A stretch of 64,000 nucleotides of DNA from the human T2T-CHM13v2.0 reference genome, Homo sapiens. Shown here in pieces: positions 1 through 12,846 of this stretch. A model generated the notes under the pieces. The model was not told where the DNA came from. It worked only from the letters and a program-made list of their open reading frames with translations, and did not search any database. Each line of letters starts with the position of its first letter. Position 1 is the stretch's first letter. The stretch lies in the NCBI RefSeq assembly GCF_009914755.1, contig NC_060947.1. The stretch is one strand, 5' to 3'. A program made the translations under genes and the position numbers.

Positions 1-155
1 CATTGTCACATCTGGTGGTGGGGGCAGGCAGTGCTACTGGCCTCTAGTGGCTGAAATCTAAGGATGCTGCTAAACCTCCTGCAGTGCGCAGGACCCCTCC
101 CATCAGAGAAACATCTGGCTCCAAATCTCAATAATGCCAATGTTGAGAAACCCTG
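1..155 (+). mobile_element. MER20 (hAT-Charlie MITE), cut by window edge
   Basis: ttgtcaca...gctactggcctctagtgg...aggatgctgctaaac...gcacaggac-like core, ending ttgagaaaccctg, as in the recalled MER20 consensus. Confidence 0.8.
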
Positions 156-204
156 ATTTAAAATAAAACCCTAATCACATTGTTTTATGACGATTTTTAT
201 TATT

Positions 205-345
205 CATCTCTGTTTTCCATTGAATTCTGTGCTTCTGGGTGGCAGTGGTTTGTCTTACTCATGCCTGCGCCGCCTGAGTTCAGCACGACGCCTAGCATAT
301 ATTAGGTTTTTAATAAATGAGGGCAAACTGATGAATGAATGAGTG
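205..345 (+). mobile_element. L2 3' end fragment
   Basis: ggcagtggtttgtctta...cagcacgacgcctagcatatattagg...taataaat...atgaatgaatga tail typical of L2 3' ends. Confidence 0.6.
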
Positions 346-529
346 TTAATGATGCCAGTAAAGGTGCTCCAGGCTCCTCTTTGAAACAACAGTATATTTA
401 GAAACTGCATTTCTAATCAAACACTTGACGTGAAATAAATAATCAATAGGTTCAATGACAAGTTGCAGAAGCAGAGACACGGCAGCCACACATTCTTGTC
501 TTTATTGAAGAAGTCTACGGAGCCTCGTG

Positions 530-720
530 TCATGGAATATTAGCACTGAAGGGGACCCAAGAGGTCATTTAGTTCAACCCTTTTAAGTTACAGGTGAGAC
601 CACTAGAACCCAGGGAGATGAAAGGATTGGCCTAAGGTCTCACAGTTGGATGCCAGAACTGGAAGTAAAATTGTTTCTAACTCATCACCTTGGCATGCTT
701 TCATGGTGCTAAGCTGCCTC
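530..720 (-). mobile_element. MIR family SINE
   Basis: gaggtcatttagttcaaccc...acaggtgag...cccagggagatgaaagg...cctaaggtctcacag resembles the reverse MIR core. Confidence 0.65.
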
Positions 721-888
721 CATTATATCAGCCCCACAAAAATTGGCACAACAGATTGTTGTGATTACATGAGGTACCACCCCCAATGTAGCATTGAATG
801 TAACACATACAAAGTATATCTTTATCGTATTGTAGAATTTGACCTCGAACTAATATGCTAGGCATTACCATCATTAATATAAAATTTA

Positions 889-1190
<302 letters not shown>

Positions 1191-1344
1191 CTTACAATAA
1201 TGGAATGTTAGACCTGGATGAAGCCTTGGTAACTGTCTGGCAGACCGCTGTATCCCTGGACAAGGAGGAAAGAGATCAGGAGCTTTATCCAGAGTCATAG
1301 AAAGAGGTCACTGGATCTCTCTACTCTGTGCCCTTTTTCACAAT

Positions 1345-1595
1345 GGGATGTTTTCCTAAAATTAGTTGCAGAGTATTACAGGAAAACAAGGTTATACCTT
1401 CAGATAAATTTAGAAAATGCAAGGGTAAACAAAAATAAGTAGGTATGTTTGCCAGAGGACATCCCAGAGTTTTACGTATATTGAGTACCACTCTAAGAAG
1501 GAGATGTAATGCATGGCTCCTCTAAAAGTTATTAATTAGGAAATAATTTATTAGATGCACCAGTGTTCCTCAGAATATAACTTGAAAAGAGGCTG
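1345..1595. mobile_element. Old hAT-Charlie-type MITE remnant
   Basis: Ends cagtgttcctcagaatataacttgaaaagaggctg, similar to Charlie-family termini; highly diverged, subfamily not assignable. Confidence 0.4.
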
Positions 1596-4500
1596 TCCCA
1601 CTTCTTCCAACCTATCTAATTGATAGAAATTAAGCAGCAGGCCTGCTTAGATTTCAGAGGGACTTTTAGGCAGACTTCGGATGGCTGATGTCTTTTTTTT
1701 CCCCCATATCTTTTGAGAAAGCTGTCCAGAGGAGTTTGATTCTTTATGTTCTGTTTCTCATGGTATGTTTCCCAATTGTAAGTCAAGGTTTCAGAGTTAT
1801 TCCTGTGACAAGTCTTGCAGAAACAGGTATGGAAGCACAGTAAGGTGGAAAGACACTGGGCTAGAAGTCGGAGGGTGGTGCCTTGGCACATCAGCTAACA
1901 TCTATTGGTTATCAGTGAAATTGGACATGACCTGAATGGCCTTAAGTGCAGAATTTCAGTGTAATCACATGACATTGTGGGGCTAGGCAGTTTAAAGAGC
2001 ACACTAAGAAATTCTGTGTTTCCCATCGTGTCTATGCAACGGAACCTTAGAGCAGCTTGGTGTAGAGAGGGCAAGTCCCCTTCTGACCTGCTGCCTGTGA
2101 TCCCACACTGCTGAGAATATAGATCTTATTCAGTAATACCAAGGGACAAGGTCAGTCCTTCAGTTACTCTGTATAATTGTCACAAGGTCAGTAATTAAGT
2201 GGACTTGAATTTATAATAAAATCATTCCCGAGTGGAAACGCCAATCAACAAAAGTTTACCCGTTACACATTGAGTCTTAAAGAGGGAACTGAACTACACC
2301 AAAAATTGCATATTTCACAAATATGTTTAAAACAAGAGGCTTTGGTGAATTTTAAGGAAAGTATATTAACATGTAATTAAAAACAATGAAAAAGGAGAAT
2401 CAAAGAGTTTCTAAGAATAATTTAGATTGTCACTGAGCAAAATGGTAGATAAGAACCTGCACCTTAACCCACAAATAAAGCAGTCCAAAGAGAAAGAGGG
2501 AACCTTGTTTGAAAAAGCTGTTTGGAGGAGTTTAAGATAGTGCTTTGTTTTTCTCACAGTAAGTTTCCTCCTAATTGCAATCCAAGGCCTTTAAAATCAT
2601 TCCTTTGACAGTCCTATCACACATTTGGAATGTGCACAAATAAGCAGAACTCTGCTTTTCAGGTGAGCTTTGAGATTACCCATCTCTTGCTTCTCTTCAT
2701 TGAACTTGAAGATTTTCAAGTTTCCCAGGAGCAAAACCTTACTTAGGAAATCACATAAAGAACACCCCTATCTGCCTCATAATTGGAAACAAATCCCAGC
2801 CCTTCAGAGTGAAACCAGGTGTTCAGAGTTAAATCTCATAACATCTGGAAGGAGCTCAGTGCAGCTGAAATTTCCACCAAGTGAAATGACCCTCTCAAAT
2901 GATGAGGTACAAAGCAACAACCTATTTCTGTGGAAAATTACATGATAGAGAAAAGCTTGGGAGAGTTGGCACCCAAATACAGACTAAATGGTTTATGCAG
3001 TGGGTGAACAGAGGAAAATTTATGAGCAGCCAAGGACGAAAGTATGTGGATGGATTGATTAGGAGGGACTTTTTCTAATTTTTGTGGTTCAGCCTTGAAT
3101 TTGATAGATGAGATCCTCAAAGCATTCTGGGGTCTATCTAACCCTCTCAGAGTTTGTACGTCATAGCTGACTGCTTGTTGAATTGGTACACTCTTTACCT
3201 ATTCAGTTTGCTTCCGGGAAATAAAAGAACCAGAATGAATTATCTGCTCCTCTGCTTGTTTTACCGTAGCCGACTTATCATCATCTTTGCATGAAAATGC
3301 CTTAGCAGTTCTTGTGTGTTTACCTAATATGTCACTGGCTACAAAGGGGCTGGCAGTGGATGATAGAAAAAAGAGGTGCAGCTTGAAGGACAAAGGCTTT
3401 TCATCAAGAGTAACAAGTGGCGATGATGATAAATATATAAAATGGCAAGAATTTGTCATCAGAAAAGGAGATTATTTTGTTATAAAGAGATCTAGCTAGC
3501 CTTATGGGGCGGGGTGGGGGCTAGGCAGAGAGGCTGACCCTAAAGAATCATTACGGACAATTTGTTTTTTGTTCTCATCCATATCAGAAGAAAAGCATTT
3601 GCTGAACAGTTAGTAGTTATACTAGAAAGAAATCAAAGTATGCAATTCTTGGCAAACAAAACATAAAGAGAAGCTTTTTTAAATTTTATTGAAGGCTATT
3701 TTTCTTTACTGTATTTAGTTTTAACTTTGTGTTCATTGGTTGCTCTATTCTTTTAACTACCGAGTTAAGAAATCTTAAAACAATAGGGAAGCCATCCTTT
3801 CTTTGTCTCTGAGTGAGATGAATGTCTAATGTTTAATGATATTAGGAAGCTTTTTAGTAACAAAATTTGCAAATGAAACCTTCATAAATATTTTTCACTG
3901 TTTTGGATCCCACAAACATTCTCAGGGCCACAGATATGTTAAACTTGCGTTAACACCATTTCACGCAGACCTGGTAATTAAAGGCTGTTTATTTCTATTT
4001 TACGGCATTAAACCTAAGCCTCTAAGAAATTCTAAGACAGATTAAATAATGTCAAAGCAACTGCCTGAAAGATGCTCAATGGAACACTAGTCTTATTGAT
4101 TATAGAGTGAAATGAATCTCACTCAGAGGCAGAAGAAAAGTTATGTCGATGAACAAAGCTTTTTAATAAGGTGTCACGATTGAAGAGAGAGGTTGAAATC
4201 AGGTCAATAAGAAATGCATAATTCAAATGAATTCATCGTGGATCAACATCTTGCCGGAAATCCCTCTTGTAGATGAGATTTAATAAAAATTATGTTAATA
4301 ATGCAACTTCTTAAATTGATATATGGGTATCATGTCAGGGACTGCTGTTTTTTGTTTGTTTTTTTTTTTCCTGTAAGTCTCTGAGGACTAGATGAGCAGG
4401 ATGGTATATGATATAAGACAAATTCTGAAATCCTAAAATACTTTCTACCCCTTCTCTCCCCTTCCATTCTTTCTCAGGCATACAATAGATTTGTCTCGGT

Positions 4501-4644
4501 TGTGGTCTTAGCACATCTGAGAGCCAGCGTCCATGTCTGTGAGTGGTGTAATTGGCCATTGACCACCTCAGTTACCACTGTGGCAGCTCTTCCTTTGCTA
4601 GCCTTACCTCCAGGATATGGGAATCAATCTTAAAAAAAAAAAAA

Positions 4645-4930
4645 AAGTAGTATAGTTATATAGTAAAATACTGTACAGTGATGCCAAGAATGAACTACTG
4701 TCATACAGTATGGTGACAGAAGTCAGAATAATGAAAACTTCCGGGGAGAACTGGGTATTCACTGGGAAGGCATAAGAGGGAAACTTCTGGGTGCTGGATA
4801 TGTTCTATATCTTGGCAAAAGTGTTAGTTACAAGGGTCTATACATATGTAAAAACTCACTGAGCTATACACTTATGATTTATGTACTTCATTGTATATAC
4901 TAGATTTTAATTCAAAAGTTTTAAAAAATC
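4645..4930 (+). mobile_element. Old L1M (L1MC/L1ME-like) 3' end
   Basis: gaagtcagaataatg...actgggaagg...cttctgggtgctggatatgttctatatcttg...gagctatacacttatgatttatgtacttcattgtat. Confidence 0.7.
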
Positions 4931-4978
4931 AATTCAAATTTGTAGATGCAAGATATATTCTTAACAAAACTAAAAATA

Positions 4979-5333
<355 letters not shown>

Positions 5334-5469
5334 TTATTTACCCAAAAGATCTTAAATCACTTTGTTGAAGAGATGCCTGCACTCCCATGTTCACTGCAGC
5401 ACTATTCACAATAGCCAAGTTATGGAATCAACCTATGTGTCCATCAACGGATGAATGGATAAAGAAAAT

Positions 5470-5472
<3 letters not shown>

Positions 5473-5508
<36 letters not shown>
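5473..5508. repeat. (TA)n microsatellite followed by (CA)n
   Basis: About 15 TA units read directly. Confidence 0.95.
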
Positions 5509-5509
<1 letters not shown>

Positions 5510-5843
5510 ATGGAGTACTATTCAGCCTTTAAAAAAGAAGAAAACCATGTCATTTTTGACAACATGGATGGAATGGGAGAACACTATGCTAAGTGAAATA
5601 AGCCAGGTACAGCAAGACAAATACCACATGTTGTCACTTACGTGTGGAATCTAAAACAATTGAATTCATGGAAGCAGAGTAGAATGGTGATTACAGGGGC
5701 TGAGGGGTGGGAGGAACAGGGAGATGTTAGTCAAAGGGTACAAATCTCAGACACGAGGAATAAGTTATTTTGTGAGATCTACTGCACAGTGTGGTGGATA
5801 TAGTTAATAATAGTGTACTGTACATTTCAAAATTGCTGAGAGT

Positions 5844-6191
<348 letters not shown>

Positions 6192-8159
6192 TCAAATATT
6201 TAAGGTAATGGATATGTTAATTAGCTTGATTTAATTATTCCACATTGTATTCATAAATATAACACGTTATATCCCATAAATATATACAATTATAAATGGT
6301 CAATTTATGATTAAAAATGAAAAAGATACATTGTAGTGAATGTATAGAAGAGTTTACTTTTCAAACAAGAAAGGATCCCTGAATTGTAAATACTATTATT
6401 TTGTGTAATTAACAATGGTAGCAGAGACCCTTGCTAAATACTTAACATGTGCTGGGTACTATCCCGTATGTTTCCTCATTTATTTCTCAGGAAGCCTTGC
6501 AAGACAAACAATCGCATTTCCATCTTCTAAATTTCCACCAAGAATACTTTGTCTTTTGATGTTATGTAGCTAATAAGGTTGACTGTGCTGAGATTTAACC
6601 CTAGCTTCATCTGACTCCAGTTCCATTAGGGGATCTAACGAAATTGTGCCTGCAGTAGAAGGCAAATTGAAAATAGAGTCTGATGAATCACTAACTTTGC
6701 TTGTTGTAGTTTCTAATCTCTCCAGAATAGTTCTAATGCAGTTAACATGAATACCAGGCTGCAATGTTGAACTTCAGATTTGTGATGGAGGAATAAAGTC
6801 ATGAAGGGAATCAAAAGTAGGTTCCCAAAACTTGCCACCATTGTGGTTTTATTTTCAGTCTGAGGAGAGAACTTGTCAATGGCATAAAAGAGAGAGTATG
6901 AATTTCAAAAAGAAAAGAAAAATTCTATGAAATATAAGTTAAATAATTTGTAAGTATTGCAGATATGAAGTTTTTCTGTTTACTTGGTCATGATCCCTTT
7001 TAACCAGCTCCAGTTTATACCAAATATTTGTTCGTGAGATGATCACTTTTCCTGTCAGCTCTTTGCCTTTAACAAAATATAAGATTTTTGCTCAGTGTGT
7101 AATAATCTGCATTACTTGTGCTCTCCAGAATGCCTGATGTACTTAGATGGTGCAACAAAACATTTTAACTTCACTGTGAGTCATTTTCTCCATCACCCTT
7201 GAATGGCAAAATAGTGGAATGAGACTGAGTTCTTAGTCACATTTGGGACCTTCTTATTGCAGAGAAGGCTAGAAATTGATGCCCCCAAAGACACAGTACT
7301 TTGTTTATGGCTATATTGCTCAAGAGTAATGACACAAAATCTGACATTACCTTATGATGTTTGTCACTTTTTTTCTGTACTGTGATGAGTCACTCCATCG
7401 ATATGGCCAATTTTTAGGGTCCAGTAGCTAAGTCTTCTTTATCTTTCCGAAATCCTCTCCTAATTTTCTTTCTGCTCACAGAATTCTGATGTCAATGTAG
7501 TGGCTCAAGAGGTACTTTAAAATGTAATCAAGACAGTGTTGATGTAAATCATCTATTAAATTCATTCCCCCTTATGTCTCAACGACTTCACTGTTGTTCA
7601 GTAATCTCTGAGGTTTTCAGATCAACATGGCAGGTACTTCATAGAGTCAGTCCTTTGACATAGAAGGCCTTTAAAAGATGTACAATCCAAACCCCTTATC
7701 TTAGAGCTAAGGCCCTTTTAAACATAGGATCATAAACTTCTTACAGAACACTTATTAAGAGAAACATTTAGAATTCTTTTCGTAAGGAAAATACTCAAGA
7801 GAATAATATGCTTACTAAAGAGTCATTGCTTCCCACCCACCCCCATCTCCTTATTCATGTGATTGAAGATTGAAATGGGGAAGGGGAGAGGAGAATAACA
7901 CAAATCAGACTCCTGACATTTAAGATGCTTTTGTTGTCAAGAAAGAAATAGCTTCTCCAGGGGCAATGTCCCAGGCAGAAGTTAATGCTACCTACAGACA
8001 TCTGTGAAAAATGAGGCCACAGCATGATGCACTGCACTTTCAGAACTCATCGGCTTTCAGTGATGACTGTAAGCAAATTAGAAAAGGAGGCTTTCTGGTG
8101 ATTATCTAGATTTGCTCACCCTCGCTGGGACATTAGTCTCTCAATACTGCTCCTTGTAG

Positions 8160-8320
8160 AATCACAGCATTTGAGAGGCAGGAGAGCCTTTAGAAGTCAT
8201 TTGGTATCTGGTCCTCATTTTAGAAATGAGAAAACTGAGCTACAGAGAGGTGAAGTAACTGACTAGCTGGTGCAGAGCTCACTGGGAAGCCACGTGCTTT
8301 GACTTCTGCACCACGACTCT
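8160..8320 (-). mobile_element. MIR family SINE
   Basis: cctcattttagaaatgagaaaactgagctacagagaggtgaagtaact, reverse MIR core. Confidence 0.75.
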
Positions 8321-8689
8321 GTCCTCCCTGATGTCACTTTGCCATGTACTGAAAATATCTGGAGCTACCTAGGTGAGCTCCTCAGGGTTGAGGAGCTTCT
8401 GGATAGAGCAGGAACACAGTGGCCTCACCCACTGTCAAGATGCAAGACTAACATTTCTGGCTACAAGGAGTATTAACTTTAGGCTTGGTGAGTCCTGACC
8501 ACTGCCTCTTATCCCAGTGTTCCAGCTGCATGAATGTCTCAAGTAAGGTCTTAGTAGACTTTGGGCCAGCTTTGTCAAATAAAACATTGTGCTGTGATGG
8601 AATCCTGTGCTAATAGCTACCTGTAGCTGTTGAGTGCTTGAAATCAATAGAGCTGTGCAACTGATGAACTAAAGTTTTAATTTTATTTA

Positions 8690-8992
8690 TTTATTTATTT
8701 TTTGAGAAAGAGTCTCGTTCTGTCGCCCAGGCTGCAGTGCAGTGGTGCAATCTTGGCTCACTGCAACCTCTGCCCCCACTCCCCGAGGTTCAAGCAATTC
8801 TCCTGCCTCAGCCTCCTGAGTAGCTAGGACTACAGGCGAGCACCACCATGCCTGGCTAATTTTTGTATTTTGGGTAGAAACGGGGTTTCACCATGTTGGC
8901 CAGGTTGGTCTCGAATTCCTGACCTCAAGCAATCTGCCTGCCTCGACCTCCCAAAGTGCTGGGATTACTGGCGTGAGCCACCGCACCCAGTC
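8690..8992 (-). mobile_element. Alu, AluS-like
   Basis: T-rich tail then gagtctcgttctgtcgcccaggc...gagccaccgcacccag; TSD aattttattta (8679-8689 and 8993-9003). Confidence 0.95.
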
Positions 8993-9020
8993 AATTTTAT
9001 TTAATCTTAATTTAAATCTA

Positions 9021-9318
9021 GGCTGGGTGCGGTGGCTCACGCCTGTAATCCCAGCACTTTGGGAGGCTGAGGTGGGCAGATCACCTGAGTTCAGGAGTTC
9101 GAGACCAGCCTGGCCAACATGGTGAAACCCCGTCTCTACAAAAACAATACAAAAATTAGCCCGGCGTGGCGGTGCTTGCCTGTAGTCCGGACTACTTGGG
9201 AGGCTGAGGCAGGAGAATCACTTGAACTCAGGAGGAAGAGGTTGCCATGAGCCGAGATCATGCCACTGCACCCCAGCCTGGGCGACAGAGTGAGACTTCG
9301 TCTCAAAAAAGAAAAAAG
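9021..9318 (+). mobile_element. Alu, AluSx-like
   Basis: ggctgggtgcggtggctcacgcctgtaatcccagc through A-tail. Confidence 0.95.
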
Positions 9319-9555
9319 GAGCCACATGTGACTAATGGCTACCATCTTTGACAGACCTTCCTTCCTTCCTTCCTATGTCTGTGAATTTTCAACTCAGGTC
9401 TAAGTGTCTGCATTATTTTCTTTCTGCTTCCCATATCCTAGAGATAAGACCATCCTATTTAATCTAAACTAAGTTTAGGTACAGTAAAAATATTTTAAAT
9501 TATTTTTGATTCCACTTCAGTGTACACTTACTTCATTTTTGAAAGTAACAAACTT

Positions 9556-9642
9556 AGTGAGCCAAGATCGCGCCACTGCACTCCACCCTGGGTGACAAGA
9601 GCAAAACTCCGTCTCAAGGAAAAATAAAAATAAAAAAAGAAA
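9556..9642 (+). mobile_element. Heavily 5'-truncated Alu (AluSq/Sp-like 3' end)
   Basis: agtgagccaagatcgcgccactgcactcc...gacaagagcaaaactccgtctc plus A-tail; 17-bp TSD gaaagt(a/t)acaaacttag at 9541-9557 and 9643-9659. Confidence 0.9.
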
Positions 9643-9815
9643 GAAAGTTACAAACTTAGGAGTTCATGGATAAGAAGGGAACAAGTTGCATCAATGGATT
9701 TGAAGGGCAGGGACTGCAAATCCAGTTTAGAAATGTTGGAACTTCTTCTTTGTGTCTTCTACCTCTATCCTTCTGTGCTTTGATTTCTCCGCTTCTTAAG
9801 AATAAAGTACTACTA

Positions 9816-9916
9816 GTAGAATTGCCAGATTCAACAAATAAAAATACAGGATGACTTGCATGTTTGTATGAAATTCAAATTTAACTGGGTGTTCTATATT
9901 TTATCTGGCAACCTTA
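9816..9916. mobile_element. MER53 MITE, internally deleted
   Basis: Inverted termini ttgccagat...aaataaaaatacaggatg and tttaactgggtgttctatattttatctggcaacc. Confidence 0.75.
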
Positions 9917-10569
9917 TTAATCCATTCTACCCCTTTTTAATTCTTTCTGTTACTTCAGGGAGAAAGAAAAAACAGAAAAAAAAATTCTTAGACATATTTT
10001 CATCATCTTTTGTCTTTTATTTCTATTTTCCTAATAGAATTTTCGTGACCACAGAGGTAATTTTTTAAAAGATGATACATTATTAATCTAAATTAAGATA
10101 GGCTTGGCTTATCTTGCCCTCTGGGTTGGAAAACAATTAAGTTGGTATTGAACTGAAGTGTAAAGAACTGTAAATTTCTAAAGAGTCATTATATTCCACT
10201 AATGTCCTTTCTAAATGGGTTATTTGTACAGAAGCCCCATTTTTAAATAACCAAATCATTGATCTGTTTTTAAAGCAAGAGCAGTTTTGTTGTTGCTGCT
10301 GCTTTTGGAACAAATATACCTGGATTTTCAGGAAAATGACTGAAGACATTGTCTTTTGACCAATGTCTGTCTCCAAAAAAATTGGGAATTTGTACATATT
10401 TTTTTCTCAAGTAATCCATTTGTCAAGATAGCATTTCACCTGTGAAGGAATACAAGGTAATAAAATATTTCTCTTCAGATCTACTCAGATGCATTTTTAA
10501 AAATAAGAGCTTTTAGAGAAAATCTTAGACGCTTGACTACTTATGAAAGATAGAAACCTGTAGGCATTC

Positions 10570-10764
10570 TGTAAAACTTGAAGTTTTACAAATCACCATA
10601 TATGTGTGATAATAAGTTATATAAGTTATCACCATATATGGTGATAATGTTATCATCATATAAACCATATGGTGATATAAGTTATCACCATATATGTGTG
10701 ATAATAAGTTATATAAGTTATGTGTGATATAAGTTATATAAATCACCATATATGTGTGATAATA
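10570..10764. repeat. AT-rich palindromic, degenerate tandem repeat cluster
   Basis: Repeated atcaccatatatg(t)gtgataa units; exact 38-bp duplicate at 10592-10629 and 10684-10721. Confidence 0.9.
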
Positions 10765-12360
10765 GGAATAGGCAATAGTGTTGACATCAATATGGAAATG
10801 TCATGACTTATTTTGCTATCACTGAGTGACAGCTGTCACAATTAAAAGAAACAACATTTTAAAGGGGAAATAATCACAGTGGAATCCTAGAATTTCAGGG
10901 TTAGAAGGGACCATATATCTCTGTGCTGAAGCTGAGAGATGGTGAAATGAAGGAATTGAAGTTAGTATTTATAAGATGATGAAACAGAATGGTGGCTCCT
11001 TTTCAAGGCCAAATGAAATTTGTTTTGGCCTTCACCCTGTAATCTTTTTTTCCCCTCTCATGAAGTTTTCAGTTCTTATTCAGGTAGTCTTTTAATTGCA
11101 TTTCCAGACAAAATTTTAAAATATAGTTCCTAATACATTTTTTAAAAGGTCTTAGCTGCTATTTCCTGGCCTTTTTGATACGTGAAGAATTATGCTGCAG
11201 ACAAACACTGGGTGTTAGTGATGATAATTCTCTCCCTGTCTTTCTCATTTGTCTATATATCCATTTGTTCTTTCCTCCTTTTCTCCCTTCCTTCACCCGC
11301 CTCCCTCCCTTCTCTTTTTTTCTTCCTTCCTTCTTACTTCCTCTGGCATGGCAGTGAAAAAAGTCATTTGTTTTATCGATAAAGTATAACATAGAACAGC
11401 CTAGAAGAGTTGCAATGCATTTGTTGTTTTTAATCCCCATATTTGGATTTGTGTTCTGACTGAACATGCTGATCTGCAACAGATATGGAGTATAGAGTAC
11501 CTGTTTATAAAGATTCAGGGGACGGGGTAGGTAATGTTGCTCACGGGACTTGCATTTGGGTCACAAATGCTGACCGACATAAAGATGACTGAGACTTTCA
11601 GGCAGGCCACGTGCTCCCAGCGTGTACTTGGTTGGCATTTCCAGGACTCAGAAAAGCCTGAATCCAGCTTGCCACATCTGAAGCATGAAATTTCCGACTT
11701 ATCTGGCTGTGTTGACAAATTTAACTATCAGACATCTGTTGGTGTAGGTGTTGGGCACTGACCAATAACAATTATAGCCTCCAACTGCTTGTATGAGGCA
11801 TAATGTAGAATTGGTTAAGCTCTGTTCACAAACACACCAGCAGATTACAGTCCCAGGAGGCTTCTCTGGGGCACTGGGGAATTGTGAACTGTAAGGCAGC
11901 TAGGCCTCTAACAAAACCCTTCCAACAGGGCTGCCTTAGCTTGGAGAATGAAAAGAAATCTTGTTGAAGATATGAAAGCCATTAAGTTGGTACCTTACAT
12001 GTTTTTTGTTTTTTACCTGCAAAGATGGTGATATGAACTATTTTAAGGAGCAAAGTTTTCACAAAATTAATGGGCAATTTACTTCCAGTTACTCATCTAA
12101 TAAAGGATGAATTTGATAATTTTTACATTATATGGATGTTATTAATAGGAGTTTCATTCACAATACCTGGAAAATATAAAATTTTCATCTATTCTCTCTT
12201 ATTTTGACATAATTTCTCTTGAGAGTTATTTGGGGCTCTAGAGCCCTTTCTTTGACTTGCTTTGCCTGTTATTTGGCTACATATTTTACTAAATATCTAC
12301 ACTAAACTTAATATTGGTTTAAACCTGGAGCAGTGATGACTGTGCTTTGGAAGAATACAA

Positions 12361-12846
12361 TTTTTTTAACTTTTATTTGCGTTTATTATTGTATGCTAAA
12401 TATATTCCCATGCTGTAAATTTTTGTTTCTTGAGTTTCTTCTAGGGTGTTTTCTTTTTTTCTGTGGAATCAGTAAAGGTCATCTGGATGTGGCAGGAAGA
12501 GCTCATGTATGGTTCATCTGACTGTGAGCTCCATAAATCCAGTGGCACGTCTTGGGTTCTTTGTTCACCTGAATGTGCTCAATGACCAGAGAATCTACAT
12601 CTAAACCCTCAAGTTCGATGCTATTCTCTGCATTTTTAAGCATGTGCAGCAAAAATTCAGCACCTTTTTTAGGCCAGCTTGGTAGCTTTCCATATATGCA
12701 TCCCCTTGATGGCCCGGGCAATTTCACAGATGTTCTTAATGTGAACACAAATATTTGAACCTCTTGATTTGCACGGCTTTGTGGTATTTTCTGGGTCAAG
12801 TGAATAGTTAACCATTTTTTACAGATCAGGCTGCTTAGGGGAAGAG
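12361..12846 (-). pseudogene. RPL17: Processed pseudogene of ribosomal protein L17 (uL22)
   Basis: The minus strand reads a pyrimidine-rich 5' leader (ctcttcccctaagcagcctg), then ATG at 12815 giving [46 protein letters not shown]. It continues out of frame as [39 protein letters not shown], then a KKLKKQK-like end, AATAAA and a residual A-tail. No introns; frameshifted. Symbol is the parent gene; pseudogene number unknown. Confidence 0.95.

Larger units (their letters stand above)
8570..9354. mobile_element. MER3 MITE split by two Alus
   Basis: 5' part tgtcaaataaaacattgtgctgtgatggaa...gagtgcttgaaat...gaactaaagttttaattttattta; spacer 8993-9020; 3' part gccacatgtgactaatggctaccatctttgacag. Confidence 0.7.

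Noticed and set aside
10590-10764. Repeat cluster considered as a CRISPR-like array
   Set aside because: Eukaryotic DNA, no unique spacers, irregular period and no cas genes.
12503-12799. 98-aa ORF with clear RPL17 similarity
   Set aside because: It lacks the true start, matches RPL17 only after a frameshifting deletion and sits in an intronless decayed copy; it is a pseudogene, not a CDS.
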